In this document: piece after piece, positions 1-8,753 of the stretch
Position numbering within the stretch: position 1 is the stretch's first letter
Layout: the number at the start of each line of letters is the position of its first letter
Source: Candidatus Freyarchaeum deiterrae
GTDB taxonomy: Archaea > Asgardarchaeota > Jordiarchaeia > Jordiarchaeales > Jordiarchaeaceae
Reading direction: 5' to 3'
Length of the DNA: 64,000 bases
Assembly (NCBI GenBank): GCA_037305845.1
Contig: CP147778.1
Coordinates: 1,888,001 to 1,952,000, forward strand
Notes under the pieces: generated by a model
What the model was told of the DNA's origin: nothing
The model's input: the letters and a program-made list of their open reading frames with translations, nothing else
Database searches by the model: none
Translations under genes and position numbers: made by a program

Positions 1-20
1 ATGGATTTCTTTTCTACCAC

Positions 21-36
21 AGAAACTTATAAAAAG
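21..36 (+). promoter_or_regulatory. BRE/TATA promoter of tRNA-Leu
   Basis: AGAAAC followed by TTATAAAA about 40 nt upstream of the tRNA 5' end. Confidence 0.55.
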
Positions 37-73
37 TGGTTAGCATAATCCTATTTTTGGCAATAAATTTGGC

Positions 74-267
74 GCAGAGATATCCCAGTCTGGTCAATGT
101 ATACGACTAAAGGAGTAGGACTGAGGTTACTCGGGTTCGAACCACTCGAGAATCAGAGCTCCTATGGCGCAGAAACTCTCTAGCCTTCTAGGGGTTTACG
201 TAGGCCTTCGGGAGTTCAATCAGTAGCAGAGTTCCTGTTGCTGGAATATATCTCCCTCTCTGCACCA
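74..267 (+). tRNA. tRNA-Leu(GAG) with four introns (98-110, 127-158, ~173-203, 220-249); CCA encoded
   Basis: Spliced 88-nt product GCAGAGATATCCCAGTCTGGTCAA/AGGAGTAGGACTGAGG/CTCCTATGGCGCAG/GCCTTCGGGAGTTCAA/ATCTCCCTCTCTGCACCA. Acceptor GCAGAGA:TCTCTGC, anticodon stem TAGGA:TCCTA, variable arm GGC:GCC, T stem GGGAG:CTCCC. BHB-type junctions; intron 3 is relaxed and its boundary ambiguous. Confidence 0.93.
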
Positions 268-372
268 TTTACATCTACTTTTTCAATGAAAAGGAGCGGA
301 ACGTGTAAAATAAGATTGTTGCAAAATCATATAGAGCATTGTTCAATATGGAAATCAAGGAGGTTTCTAGTC

Positions 373-648
373 ATGTTATTTTTAGTGATAAGCAGCCCAT
401 ATTCCTCAAAACCTGAAGATGTCAAAAACGCAAGATTGGAATTTAGGTCTTGGATTAAAGATTTGAAGTCAAAGAGCAAAGTGACCTGCTTCTATCCCAA
501 AGTAGGAAGGGGCTCCGTTGTAATTTTCGATGTCTCCTCAAATGATGAACTTCATAAACTGCTGACCCACTGGCTAAACATTGTACCCGTAAGTTTCGAC
601 ATTTACCCTTTGGCAACCCCATCGGAGGCGGAGGAGCTTTTAAAATAG
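373..648 (+). CDS. Small DUF3303/muconolactone-isomerase-like protein (91 aa)
   Basis: ATG at 373 (MLFLVIS...GRGSVVIFDVSSNDELHKLL...FDIYPL). The ORF-track extension to 238 overlaps the tRNA and is rejected. Confidence 0.65.
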   Translation: MLFLVISSPYSSKPEDVKNARLEFRSWIKDLKSKSKVTCFYPKVGRGSVVIFDVSSNDELHKLLTHWLNIVPVSFDIYPLATPSEAEELLK

Positions 649-681
649 GAATAGATAACATGGGATTGCTCGCACTATCGC

Positions 682-695
682 CGCGCGTACGCGCG
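682..695. repeat. Perfect 14-bp GC-rich palindrome CGCGCGTACGCGCG
   Basis: Self reverse-complementary sequence in an AT-rich intergenic region. Confidence 0.8.
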
Positions 696-903
696 CAGAA
701 CCATGAGCCAACATTTGACACTCACATCGTTCTTTTGTTCTGTATTTTGACAAAGTGCCGATACTTTCTTTTTGAGTTAAAAAAAAGCGAGAACGCACAG
801 TATTAAGACTTATAGGTATGTCCCGACTTGCACCGTAAGATGATCCAGAAAGCTCAAGTCCCTAAGACGCACCAGAGCCCTGAGCTTTTACTCAGAATTT
901 GAT

Positions 904-1092
904 TATCCTAGCCTGGTCAAAGTTTAACGACTAAAGGAGCAGGACTGAGGTTACTCAGGTTCGAACAACTCGAGAATCAGAGCTCCTGTGGCGCAGAAAC
1001 TCTCTAGTCCTTTTAGGGGTTTACGTAGGCCTTCACGAGTTCAATCAGTAACAGAATCCCTGTTGCTGGAATACATCTCGTCCTCCGCACCA
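904..1092 (+). tRNA. Second four-intron tRNA-Leu(GAG) copy lacking nt 1-7 (pseudogene or split-tRNA 3' piece); introns 921-934, 951-982, ~997-1028, 1045-1074
   Basis: Colinear with 81-267. Anticodon stem CAGGA:TCCTG, T stem ACGAG:CTCGT, 3' end CCTCCGC-ACCA. The complementary GCGGAGG is not immediately upstream. Confidence 0.8.
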
Positions 1093-1196
1093 TTCATTAT
1101 CTCCTATTTCTATCTACATCATTATACTTCTTCTTAAGAAAACTACAATATCGCAGCGGTTTTTTGGAAGGATAAAAAATGAGGGAGAAGACTTCT

Positions 1197-4100
1197 TTAC
1201 TGTCTTCGTAATAATGTTTCATGTATTCTGGTCAGGGTGTCTGGGTAGAAGACTCTCATGAGAATTAGGACTACTACCAGTAACCCGAATATAATAGTAA
1301 CTATTCTGCTCAGGGTGTCCATGTCAAATTGACCGCTAGCTGCATTTGCTGTGAGCAGTGACAAGATTGGAATGGGTGACGGTGGCGTTGGGGTAACTAC
1401 TTGGACTGTGAAACTTTCATTAAAGCTTCTACCAGCGTTGTCGGTCACATTTAGGGTGATATTTAGATTGCCGAGAGAACTCGGAGTTATCGGAAGCTCC
1501 GCAATCCCCGTATTATTGTTGTAGAATACTGTTGCATCATGGGATTCGCCATTTAAAAACACTGTTAGATTGGTTAAGTTAACCTGTGGAGTACTTGAAG
1601 CGTTGAAAGGTAGATATCTTACCCATATCTGCAAATTAAACGGTATTCCTAGAGTTAATGTTTCGTTAAGTGTAACATCTGGTTCTATTAGTCCCGCTTC
1701 TAATTGGTACACGTTGAATATGTAATAGTTCTGTGCTAGTGCCTGGTTGCCTATCCCCCTTATCATAATGTTATTACTTGAGTTCGTTGTAACTGATGCA
1801 ATGTATTCCCCAATATCTTGGGGGGTGAAATTTACGTTCCAGTTCTGGAAATCGGTTGTGTTTCCTGAATAATTAAACATCGTGCCGTTGGGGTTGATTA
1901 TGGTTACGGTCAAATTACTTGGGTTATCCAGTACATTTGTAATATTTAACGTGACTGATGTGCCCTTATAGGGCACGATGGTTGATGTAACATTCACTTG
2001 GGAGTAGAAGGTTATTGTAGTGTTCATTGTTTCTCCATTAGAAAGTTCTTGTCCTATGCTTGTAGAGTTGAAGGCGTTTTTGAGTATTGTTATCGTCTTG
2101 GTTATCGAATTTGTAAATGCCTCAGTCCAATTATCTGAAAGAAGGGTGCTGTTGAGAAATATTGTGTTAGCAGCGCTTTGGTTCGCTGCTGGATTATAGC
2201 TGACATACTCAGATTCCTGCGATAAGGAAATAGTCGCATTACTATGCGTATATATACTGGTGAATGTAGAGCCCGAGAATGTGGATGTGTTTGTATAAAC
2301 CATTTGAGCATTAATGGATGCGTTTAAACTGGTGCTGTTCCAATCCTGACTGGTTTGGTTCCAAGCCTTAAAAATTAGCGTAGCTACACCTGTGCTACTG
2401 TTGTATCCCACTTGACTGCTGGTGAAGATTTGACTCCAGTAACCTTGAGTACTGTTAACCATAGAGATATCGTTAATATAAAATAATGTATGGTTACTCA
2501 AGCCGTCACTGTAGTTATAGTAAAATAAATTGTAAGTTAGACTGTATTGGATATCCTTACTACTCGCCAGATTAAAGGTAACGATGCTTCCTGAGGCGTT
2601 TTGTATCGGGGTCCAAACAGTATCATTCCATACCCGATTACCGCCAACGAGTTTATTATTAACGGAGATATTGATACCACTCGTATCTGTCGAATTATAA
2701 GATGTAATCTGCATACACTGCCAGTATCTGTGACCGAACGGGTCTCGGACATCCTTCCAGTTCCAATTGCTAGAATTATCAGGGGTGGTCCATATTCCAT
2801 AGCCCTCTGGCGGAGGAATCTCAAATGCACTAGTATGGCTCGCCCAATCATAAAACTGACCGCTACTCGGATCTCCCGTCCAGTTTTTTGTATGAATTAC
2901 TAGGAAGTAATTTCCTTGTGAGAAATGACCTGTAAAGTTAAGAGTAAGCAAATTATAAGTTGAATTTACGTTCTGGTAAGGCACTTCCAAAGCGACACCA
3001 GTAACATTGCTGCTTAAATTATAAGCCCCAATTGATGAATCGAATGTAGCATTCCAAATCTCGGCAGTGAGGTTTTGCGTTAAACCTGTGGTGCGTAGTA
3101 TCAGTATCTGAATTGTGAGATTGTTCGAGTCATCCGGCAATGTGAACCTTTGAGCTTGGCTCACATTTCCAACGGTGTGTGCGAAGCCGTCTGAATTAGT
3201 TACGTTCTCAATAACGTGTAACTGTGAAACCGGAGTTATACTAGTAAAGTTGATGACGGCAAGATACATCCGATCCCCGTTAGGAATGATGACGTTGAAG
3301 CTACCTGTACCCCCTGTAATATTTCCAGTGGTGCTGCCTGCAATATTATAGTTAATATTACCTGTGTTATTAAAGACATCCACTGAGAGCTGATTCAAAG
3401 TCCAATTCGCTGGGAGCTGCAATGTCAATGTATACTGAAGCTTTGTTAAATTCATTATCATCCAGCAATTGAATGCAACTGAACTTTGAGACCAAAGATT
3501 GGTATCATTTATTTGTTCTATATCTGTGAAATTTTTCAGGTTGAGTGCTAATCCTCCGCTATTAGGAGTACATCCCCAAGTATAATATGTAGTATTGTCG
3601 CTTGAAGTACTAGTATTTAATCTTACCAATATGAAATAAGTCTGGCTTGGGTTCAGCTTAATGGTAGTTTCATTAAGTAGAGTAACCCAATTTCCACTGG
3701 CATTAAAACTGCTATTTGAGTACGTTTGACTTAGCAGAATAGCATCTGATGCGTTACTTGGCACCCACATCGAACCAATCAGGGTTCCATTCCTCAGCTC
3801 TACCCTAAAATCTGGAGGAGACGTATTATTATAGCCTATCCATAGTTGAACACCATTAAAGTATGTTGTAACATTTGAGGTGCTAAATGGCATGGCTACA
3901 GAACTGTTCAAGTTATCGTTCCAAGATATATTGAGATTATTTTCTGGCGGCCCGGTGAGATTACCTTCTATAGTATCCGAGGCCGTTTTATTTGTGATTT
4001 GAAACCATGTTACATTGTAATATGCTCCATTTATTTGGATTGTGGGGTCATTTGTAGTGCCTTTCAGTTGAGGGGGATTCATTTTTTGGCCTGCGGTTAG

Positions 4101-4211
4101 TGGAGATGCTACTGGCGTGTTGGTGGTTAATATGAATAGCATAGCGCATAGAAACAATACGCAAAGTACAAGCGCAATAGCCGCCTTTTTTCTGCTCTTC
4201 ATTTCAACCAC
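1197..4211 (-). CDS. Large membrane-anchored cell-surface glycoprotein (1004 aa)
   Basis: N-terminal signal/TM segment, N/T/S-rich beta-type sequence with very many N-x-S/T sequons, Pro-rich linker, C-terminal TM helix and basic tail. Confidence 0.8.
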   Translation of the reverse strand: MVEMKSRKKAAIALVLCVLFLCAMLFILTTNTPVASPLTAGQKMNPPQLKGTTNDPTIQINGAYYNVTWFQITNKTASDTIEGNLTGPPENNLNISWNDNLNSSVAMPFSTSNVTTYFNGVQLWIGYNNTSPPDFRVELRNGTLIGSMWVPSNASDAILLSQTYSNSSFNASGNWVTLLNETTIKLNPSQTYFILVRLNTSTSSDNTTYYTWGCTPNSGGLALNLKNFTDIEQINDTNLWSQSSVAFNCWMIMNLTKLQYTLTLQLPANWTLNQLSVDVFNNTGNINYNIAGSTTGNITGGTGSFNVIIPNGDRMYLAVINFTSITPVSQLHVIENVTNSDGFAHTVGNVSQAQRFTLPDDSNNLTIQILILRTTGLTQNLTAEIWNATFDSSIGAYNLSSNVTGVALEVPYQNVNSTYNLLTLNFTGHFSQGNYFLVIHTKNWTGDPSSGQFYDWASHTSAFEIPPPEGYGIWTTPDNSSNWNWKDVRDPFGHRYWQCMQITSYNSTDTSGINISVNNKLVGGNRVWNDTVWTPIQNASGSIVTFNLASSKDIQYSLTYNLFYYNYSDGLSNHTLFYINDISMVNSTQGYWSQIFTSSQVGYNSSTGVATLIFKAWNQTSQDWNSTSLNASINAQMVYTNTSTFSGSTFTSIYTHSNATISLSQESEYVSYNPAANQSAANTIFLNSTLLSDNWTEAFTNSITKTITILKNAFNSTSIGQELSNGETMNTTITFYSQVNVTSTIVPYKGTSVTLNITNVLDNPSNLTVTIINPNGTMFNYSGNTTDFQNWNVNFTPQDIGEYIASVTTNSSNNIMIRGIGNQALAQNYYIFNVYQLEAGLIEPDVTLNETLTLGIPFNLQIWVRYLPFNASSTPQVNLTNLTVFLNGESHDATVFYNNNTGIAELPITPSSLGNLNITLNVTDNAGRSFNESFTVQVVTPTPPSPIPILSLLTANAASGQFDMDTLSRIVTIIFGLLVVVLILMRVFYPDTLTRIHETLLRRQ

Positions 4212-4794
4212 TATTTTCTGTTAATTTATAACGTCATCATGAAATAGCCCATGTGATAGTTTTATTTGGGCGCTTTTCATTTTAAAGTCTTTGGATATTT
4301 TAAGAGGTTTATATTCGGTTTTGCTTTTATTTTTTTAGGTTTAATTAAGGGGTTTTTTGCTTATTATGGCTTGGTACTTTTACCAATTTTAGTTGGTTAC
4401 CCTCGTCATTTCCTATATGGTTCATTTCATGAAAGTTAATCCGTCTTGTTATCTCCTCTTTCCTGTTTTTGGGTCTTTCGATGAGTGCATTTTAATATTT
4501 TACATATAGTTGGTTTTTGGGATCGATAAAATTTTTTATTATGTTTATTTATATTTGTGTTTTTTAAATTTAAAATTTATTTTTTAAATATTTACGGCTT
4601 TGAAGCTCTAATCTCATACTCTTCGTTAAAAAGCTTTTATGGCCTTAAAAACAAAGCTATAATGCCCGAATTTCTTAATTTTCTTAACTACGCAAAGTGA
4701 AAATTTCATCCCTTCGTTTTTTATTACTTCGGCATTTAACGTGGGATTATAAATTGTAAAACGATAATTTTAAATAATTGAAACCAAATTCTTA

Positions 4795-5270
4795 GAAAGT
4801 CCAAAACTGGATAGAGGACTTGAGAGAAAAAAGGTAGCCTTCGCGTGAACAGCACAGATCAAGTATGCTAAATCTGATGGTTTACTGCTATTGTCCGCTG
4901 TTCTAAAATATATGGGCTAACATCGTATCGTGTCGTACATAGAGGTAGATAAGTGACAGTGTACCTATGCCTCTGTAAATCGAAATTCTTATCCCTGGTG
5001 TTTTTCAACATCATTGGCGGGGAAACGAAAGATATTCAGTAAAACCCCGCCACGCTCCCATTATCCAACATGCGGCTAATATTAACAGGGGCGTCATGTC
5101 TACATATTTTCTACAATAATATTTGCTCAGTTCTGTGTATCAATACTCTCACTGGGCGGAACGCATATTCTAGTTTTCGCCGTTATGCGGTTCTTGGTAT
5201 CAAAGAATTCTCAACTATTATGTTTAGCATTGGCCTATAATCTTAGGTGCACTATGCCTCAATAGTAAAA
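4795..5270 (+). ncRNA. Candidate large structured non-coding RNA (unclassified)
   Basis: No long ORF. Series of stems: TAGCCT/GGGCTA, GAACAGC/GCTGTTC, AGAGGTA/TGCCTCT, TGGCGGGG/CCCCGCCA, GCTCAGT/ACTGGGC, CGCATA/TATGCG. G-U pairs favour the + strand. TATA-like TTTTAAATA near 4768. Confidence 0.4.
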
Positions 5271-5496
5271 TTATTTGATATAGATATGATTTACCTCAAA
5301 ATATCGCCAGAATAGGACGCAAAAAATCCGCTCTTTTTATTTTTAATTCTTAGCCGTTAATTTAAAAACATTTCATAATGAGAAAAATGGGTTGAAATTA
5401 CAATAATTTGGGTAGTGAATTTTTGGAGAGTTTTTCAAAAAATAGAAAAATAAGGGTTAAATTATATGAACTCGGAGCCCTCGGCTAGTTGGGTTT

Positions 5497-6231
5497 TTAG
5501 TGCGTGAGTCCCGGGAAGTAGTATCTTTCTCCGTGGGCGTAGCTTTCGTCTTTTCTGGTTATACCTTCCTGCTCTAAGGCTTGGAGTGCGTTCTGTGCTC
5601 TGACCTTTGTCCAACCTGATTTTAGCATTACTTCTTCGAGGGTTGTAAATCCGTCTCTGCTCGCTATGCTTAGCACTTCATTTTGGTCTTCGGTGAATTC
5701 TACTGGGAAGAAGCTTATTATTTTCACGCCGGATTTCAGTTCGTGTACTCCGGGTATGAGTTTGTTTTTCTTGAGTATTTTTACTGCGTTTTCTATGTCA
5801 TGGGTTTCCAGTTTCTGGGCGAGTTTTCCGGTGTTTGCTAGTAGGTATGCTTCACTGTAGGTCATTATTCCGCCGTTTTCCTTGCGTTTGAGCATTGCTC
5901 TCTGGTAGAGTAGCATTCCTAGTTTTTCGTGGTCTATTTTTGTCCCTATCCCCATGGTTCCTTTTTTGAGTACTTCTTCTTCCGACATTACGTGGGTTAT
6001 TATCGCTTCTTTCGGTATTCCATATTGTTTTCTTATTCTTTCAACCTCATCTTGAAGCTGGGGACTGGTGGCGATAATGACTCCGTATTTTCTAGCAAGC
6101 TCTTCTAGCTTCTCTTTTGTTTCGGTTGCGGTTTCCAAGTCGTTTCTGATTTCCTCTAGTTTAAACTCAGTGGCCTTTTTTTGTACGTATCTTTTTTTTT
6201 CCATTTTATCGCGTAATTCATGTATTCCCAT
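5497..6231 (-). CDS. vps22/36: ESCRT-II Vps22/Vps36-like EAP30-domain protein
   Basis: N-terminal helix, NGGIMTYSEAY motif, tandem winged helices ending RYYFPGL. Downstream of vps28. Confidence 0.85.
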   Translation of the reverse strand: MGIHELRDKMEKKRYVQKKATEFKLEEIRNDLETATETKEKLEELARKYGVIIATSPQLQDEVERIRKQYGIPKEAIITHVMSEEEVLKKGTMGIGTKIDHEKLGMLLYQRAMLKRKENGGIMTYSEAYLLANTGKLAQKLETHDIENAVKILKKNKLIPGVHELKSGVKIISFFPVEFTEDQNEVLSIASRDGFTTLEEVMLKSGWTKVRAQNALQALEQEGITRKDESYAHGERYYFPGLTH

Positions 6232-6253
6232 TTTTCCGACTCCCTTTATCTAT

Positions 6254-6928
6254 CTATAACTGCCTTAGTCTTTGACGGAAGTCTTTGAACCACCTTACAG
6301 AATCATACTCTATTTTTTTAGCATCTTCCGAATCGATTACTAGATCTGGGGGTTCGTCTTTGAGTTTGTCACGCCAAGCGGTTATTTCCTGATAAACCCA
6401 GTAGTTTTTGTCATGAAGTCCTGTAAAATTTTCTAGGAGAAGTATTACATCGTCCATTATTGGCACTATGTTATCGACCCTAGCATAGTCCCCTAACTGT
6501 ACACAGTCAATTAGAGTAATGAAATTTGATACCAGGTCAGCAGTTTCGGTGGCGAGCTTTGCTGGAGAGAATTTGAGGATTTCTAAAGGTATCTCTTCCT
6601 CCGGCCTCATGGCCGTTTCGTCCAATTTTATAATTCTTAACTTCACCGCTGCATCGGGATAATTCTCTATGATTTTTTCTTTCTCTATAAACTGGGCGAG
6701 GTCAAACCCTCTCTCCTCAAGATTTTTGCGTACCTCGAGAATTTTTTGGATGTACGCTCTCATTTGGAGACTGTAGGTGGCGGCGTCAATTAAACCGCCA
6801 TTGTAATTTTTGCCCAACATATCCAGCGTTGCAATACAAGAATATAGCTCCGCTTCTAATTCCAATTGTTTATCCACGTCACTTTCTGATTGCTTTGCAC
6901 TAGGTTTCGGTTTTTCTGCTATCTTCAT
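6254..6928 (-). CDS. vps28: ESCRT-I Vps28
   Basis: AELYSCIATLDMLGKNY N-terminal motif and NFITLIDCVQL C-terminal bundle typical of Vps28. Confidence 0.85.
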   Translation of the reverse strand: MKIAEKPKPSAKQSESDVDKQLELEAELYSCIATLDMLGKNYNGGLIDAATYSLQMRAYIQKILEVRKNLEERGFDLAQFIEKEKIIENYPDAAVKLRIIKLDETAMRPEEEIPLEILKFSPAKLATETADLVSNFITLIDCVQLGDYARVDNIVPIMDDVILLLENFTGLHDKNYWVYQEITAWRDKLKDEPPDLVIDSEDAKKIEYDSVRWFKDFRQRLRQL

Positions 6929-6956
6929 TTTTTTATCCTCCTGTCCCTTGGACTAC

Positions 6957-7754
6957 TTACTTTGCCTGAAGTTTCTCCAGCTTCTTGTTTACTATGTATA
7001 ATTGTTTCTTATACCTCTTATACAGCTTAGTATAATCAGTTGGGCCTACTTCTCCACCTTCAAACTTCTCTTCCAGTGTTCTGATCAAATCCTCAATAGC
7101 TATCTTTTCACTTTCAACATCCAAAACTTCTCGATATACGGGATCCTCCGGGAGCAGGTCGGATTGCGGATGCTCGTCCGCCGCTTCTGGTACATTGTGA
7201 GCGGATAATCTGCCACGGAGCATTGCTATTTCCTCATCACGCTCTTGAAGCGTGCTTTTAAGTTTCTTAGTTTCACTTTCCATACCCGAAAGTTGCGAGG
7301 ATGCCTCTGAACCAACCTCTTCTCCTTCTTGTGTCTTCTCCTCTTTGTCTACTATTGTTACCGTTACTCTAGGCGCCTCTTTCTCCACTTTAACCCGTCT
7401 TGTGGCTGGGCTTGGAGGTATCCTTGCAAAAGCGCCCTTTAGTGTATTTACTACGTGGTACAAGTGGTACTCTGGTCTCCACTGGTCTAGGATGTTCAAC
7501 TTCACTCTTCCGGTTTCAATGTCTACGTTAGGATGCTCGGTAGGAGAAATCATACGAACTTGAGGGGGGTCAATAGGAAATGTGGGTGGGATTTTGATTT
7601 CCACCTCGAATTTGAGTCCTCTAAATTCGCCTCTACCCGCTATTTCACCTATCCAACGGGTTAGATCGCCTTTAACAGGTTCAAAGCCTCGGGTCCTCTG
7701 ATACATTAATTGAGTTTCCCGTGCAAGAGTTAATTCAAAATTGCTGCTGGACAA
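6957..7754 (-). CDS. vps23: ESCRT-I Vps23/TSG101-like: UEV domain, coiled coil, steadiness box
   Basis: UBC fold (FPIDPPQV...HPNVD..GRVKLNIL..W.P) with the catalytic Cys replaced by Lys. C-terminal AIEDLIRTLEEKFEGGEV...YLKRYK-like steadiness-box helices. Confidence 0.85.
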   Translation of the reverse strand: MSSSNFELTLARETQLMYQRTRGFEPVKGDLTRWIGEIAGRGEFRGLKFEVEIKIPPTFPIDPPQVRMISPTEHPNVDIETGRVKLNILDQWRPEYHLYHVVNTLKGAFARIPPSPATRRVKVEKEAPRVTVTIVDKEEKTQEGEEVGSEASSQLSGMESETKKLKSTLQERDEEIAMLRGRLSAHNVPEAADEHPQSDLLPEDPVYREVLDVESEKIAIEDLIRTLEEKFEGGEVGPTDYTKLYKRYKKQLYIVNKKLEKLQAK

Positions 7755-8039
7755 AGCTTATAACAGCCCCTTTCACTTTTTTCTCTACAAAATATCCCCG
7801 AATATGACATATTAAAACTTTTGATATAGGCATAAAAAACCCCCTTTTTTTCTGTTTTAAACAAATTCCCAAACATTTTTAGTTAATTCAACCCTGAAAC
7901 ATTCTAGAAAAACAGAAAAGATTAAAGCGATTTCATAATAAATATTTTAAATATAACAATTTTGAGAATTAATATCTAGATGCATTGATAAGCATTTACC
8001 AGTTCTTTTAATACAAGGGTTAAATTTGGGTGAATATTA

Positions 8040-8564
8040 TTGAGTAATCTAATATTTCAAGCATTAATAAACGGTTTAAATCAAACAATTTTCCAGAAAT
8101 TCATTTCAGAATTGGCTTTTAATATAAGAGACAGAAACATAACACAAGGTAGCATCGAACATCAAGGGCGGAGAATAGACATAACTATTATTCGAGAAGG
8201 AGAAAAGCTTAGCATCATAATTCCCGATAATCGTATTCCTAAAGATGAGTGCGAACAAATCGCCAAGAAAATTCTAATTAACCTATACGCCATTCTAGGT
8301 AAGAGTACAAAACCTGAAGAAATTATGGTAACACGCCTTGGCTATGCTAGCGGAATTTGCAATTACTGTTTAATTGTAGCTCCTCTCACTTACAAATGTC
8401 ACCGTTGCGGTGGATACTATTGCGCCGAACATAGGCTCCCAGAAAAACACAATTGCCCAAAAGAAAGAGAGGAGGAAACAACTAATAAAAATATAGATAA
8501 AAATAAGAAACCTAATAAAGAAAAGGGAAGAAAAATTATCCTCTCTGAGGCTCCCTGTGGATAA
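8040..8564 (+). CDS. AN1-type zinc finger protein
   Basis: CNYC...YKCHRCGGYYCAEHRLPEKHNC AN1 motif. Confidence 0.8.
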   Translation: MSNLIFQALINGLNQTIFQKFISELAFNIRDRNITQGSIEHQGRRIDITIIREGEKLSIIIPDNRIPKDECEQIAKKILINLYAILGKSTKPEEIMVTRLGYASGICNYCLIVAPLTYKCHRCGGYYCAEHRLPEKHNCPKEREEETTNKNIDKNKKPNKEKGRKIILSEAPCG

Positions 8565-8753
8565 AGCCCCTAAACTCTAGAAACCAATTCTAACCAAATT
8601 AACTATTACGTGGAAAACATCCACAATTATTAATATGAATGTCAAAATTTATTTTAAGAACTTAATAATTTGTTTTTAAATATAAAGGACAAGACTAATA
8701 TCGTTGAAAACGGCTTATTTCATTAATTAACTGAATTACTTGGTGGATATAAG

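Noticed and set aside
133-143. GGTTCGAACC as the tRNA T-arm
   Set aside because: It lies inside the anticodon intron hairpin; the real T arm is GGGAG-TTCAA/AT-CTCCC.
238-372. 5' extension of the 238-648 ORF
   Set aside because: Overlaps tRNA-Leu intron 4 and exon 5; the recognisable domain starts at ATG 373.
81-1092. The two ~190-nt similar segments as a CRISPR array or attL/attR of a provirus
   Set aside because: Only two copies, both explained as intron-containing tRNA; no spacers, cas or integrase genes; acceptor strands differ between copies.
4795-4822. GAAAGTCC as the RNase P RNA P4 5' strand
   Set aside because: It pairs locally with GGACTT, and no matching 3' P4 consensus was found downstream.
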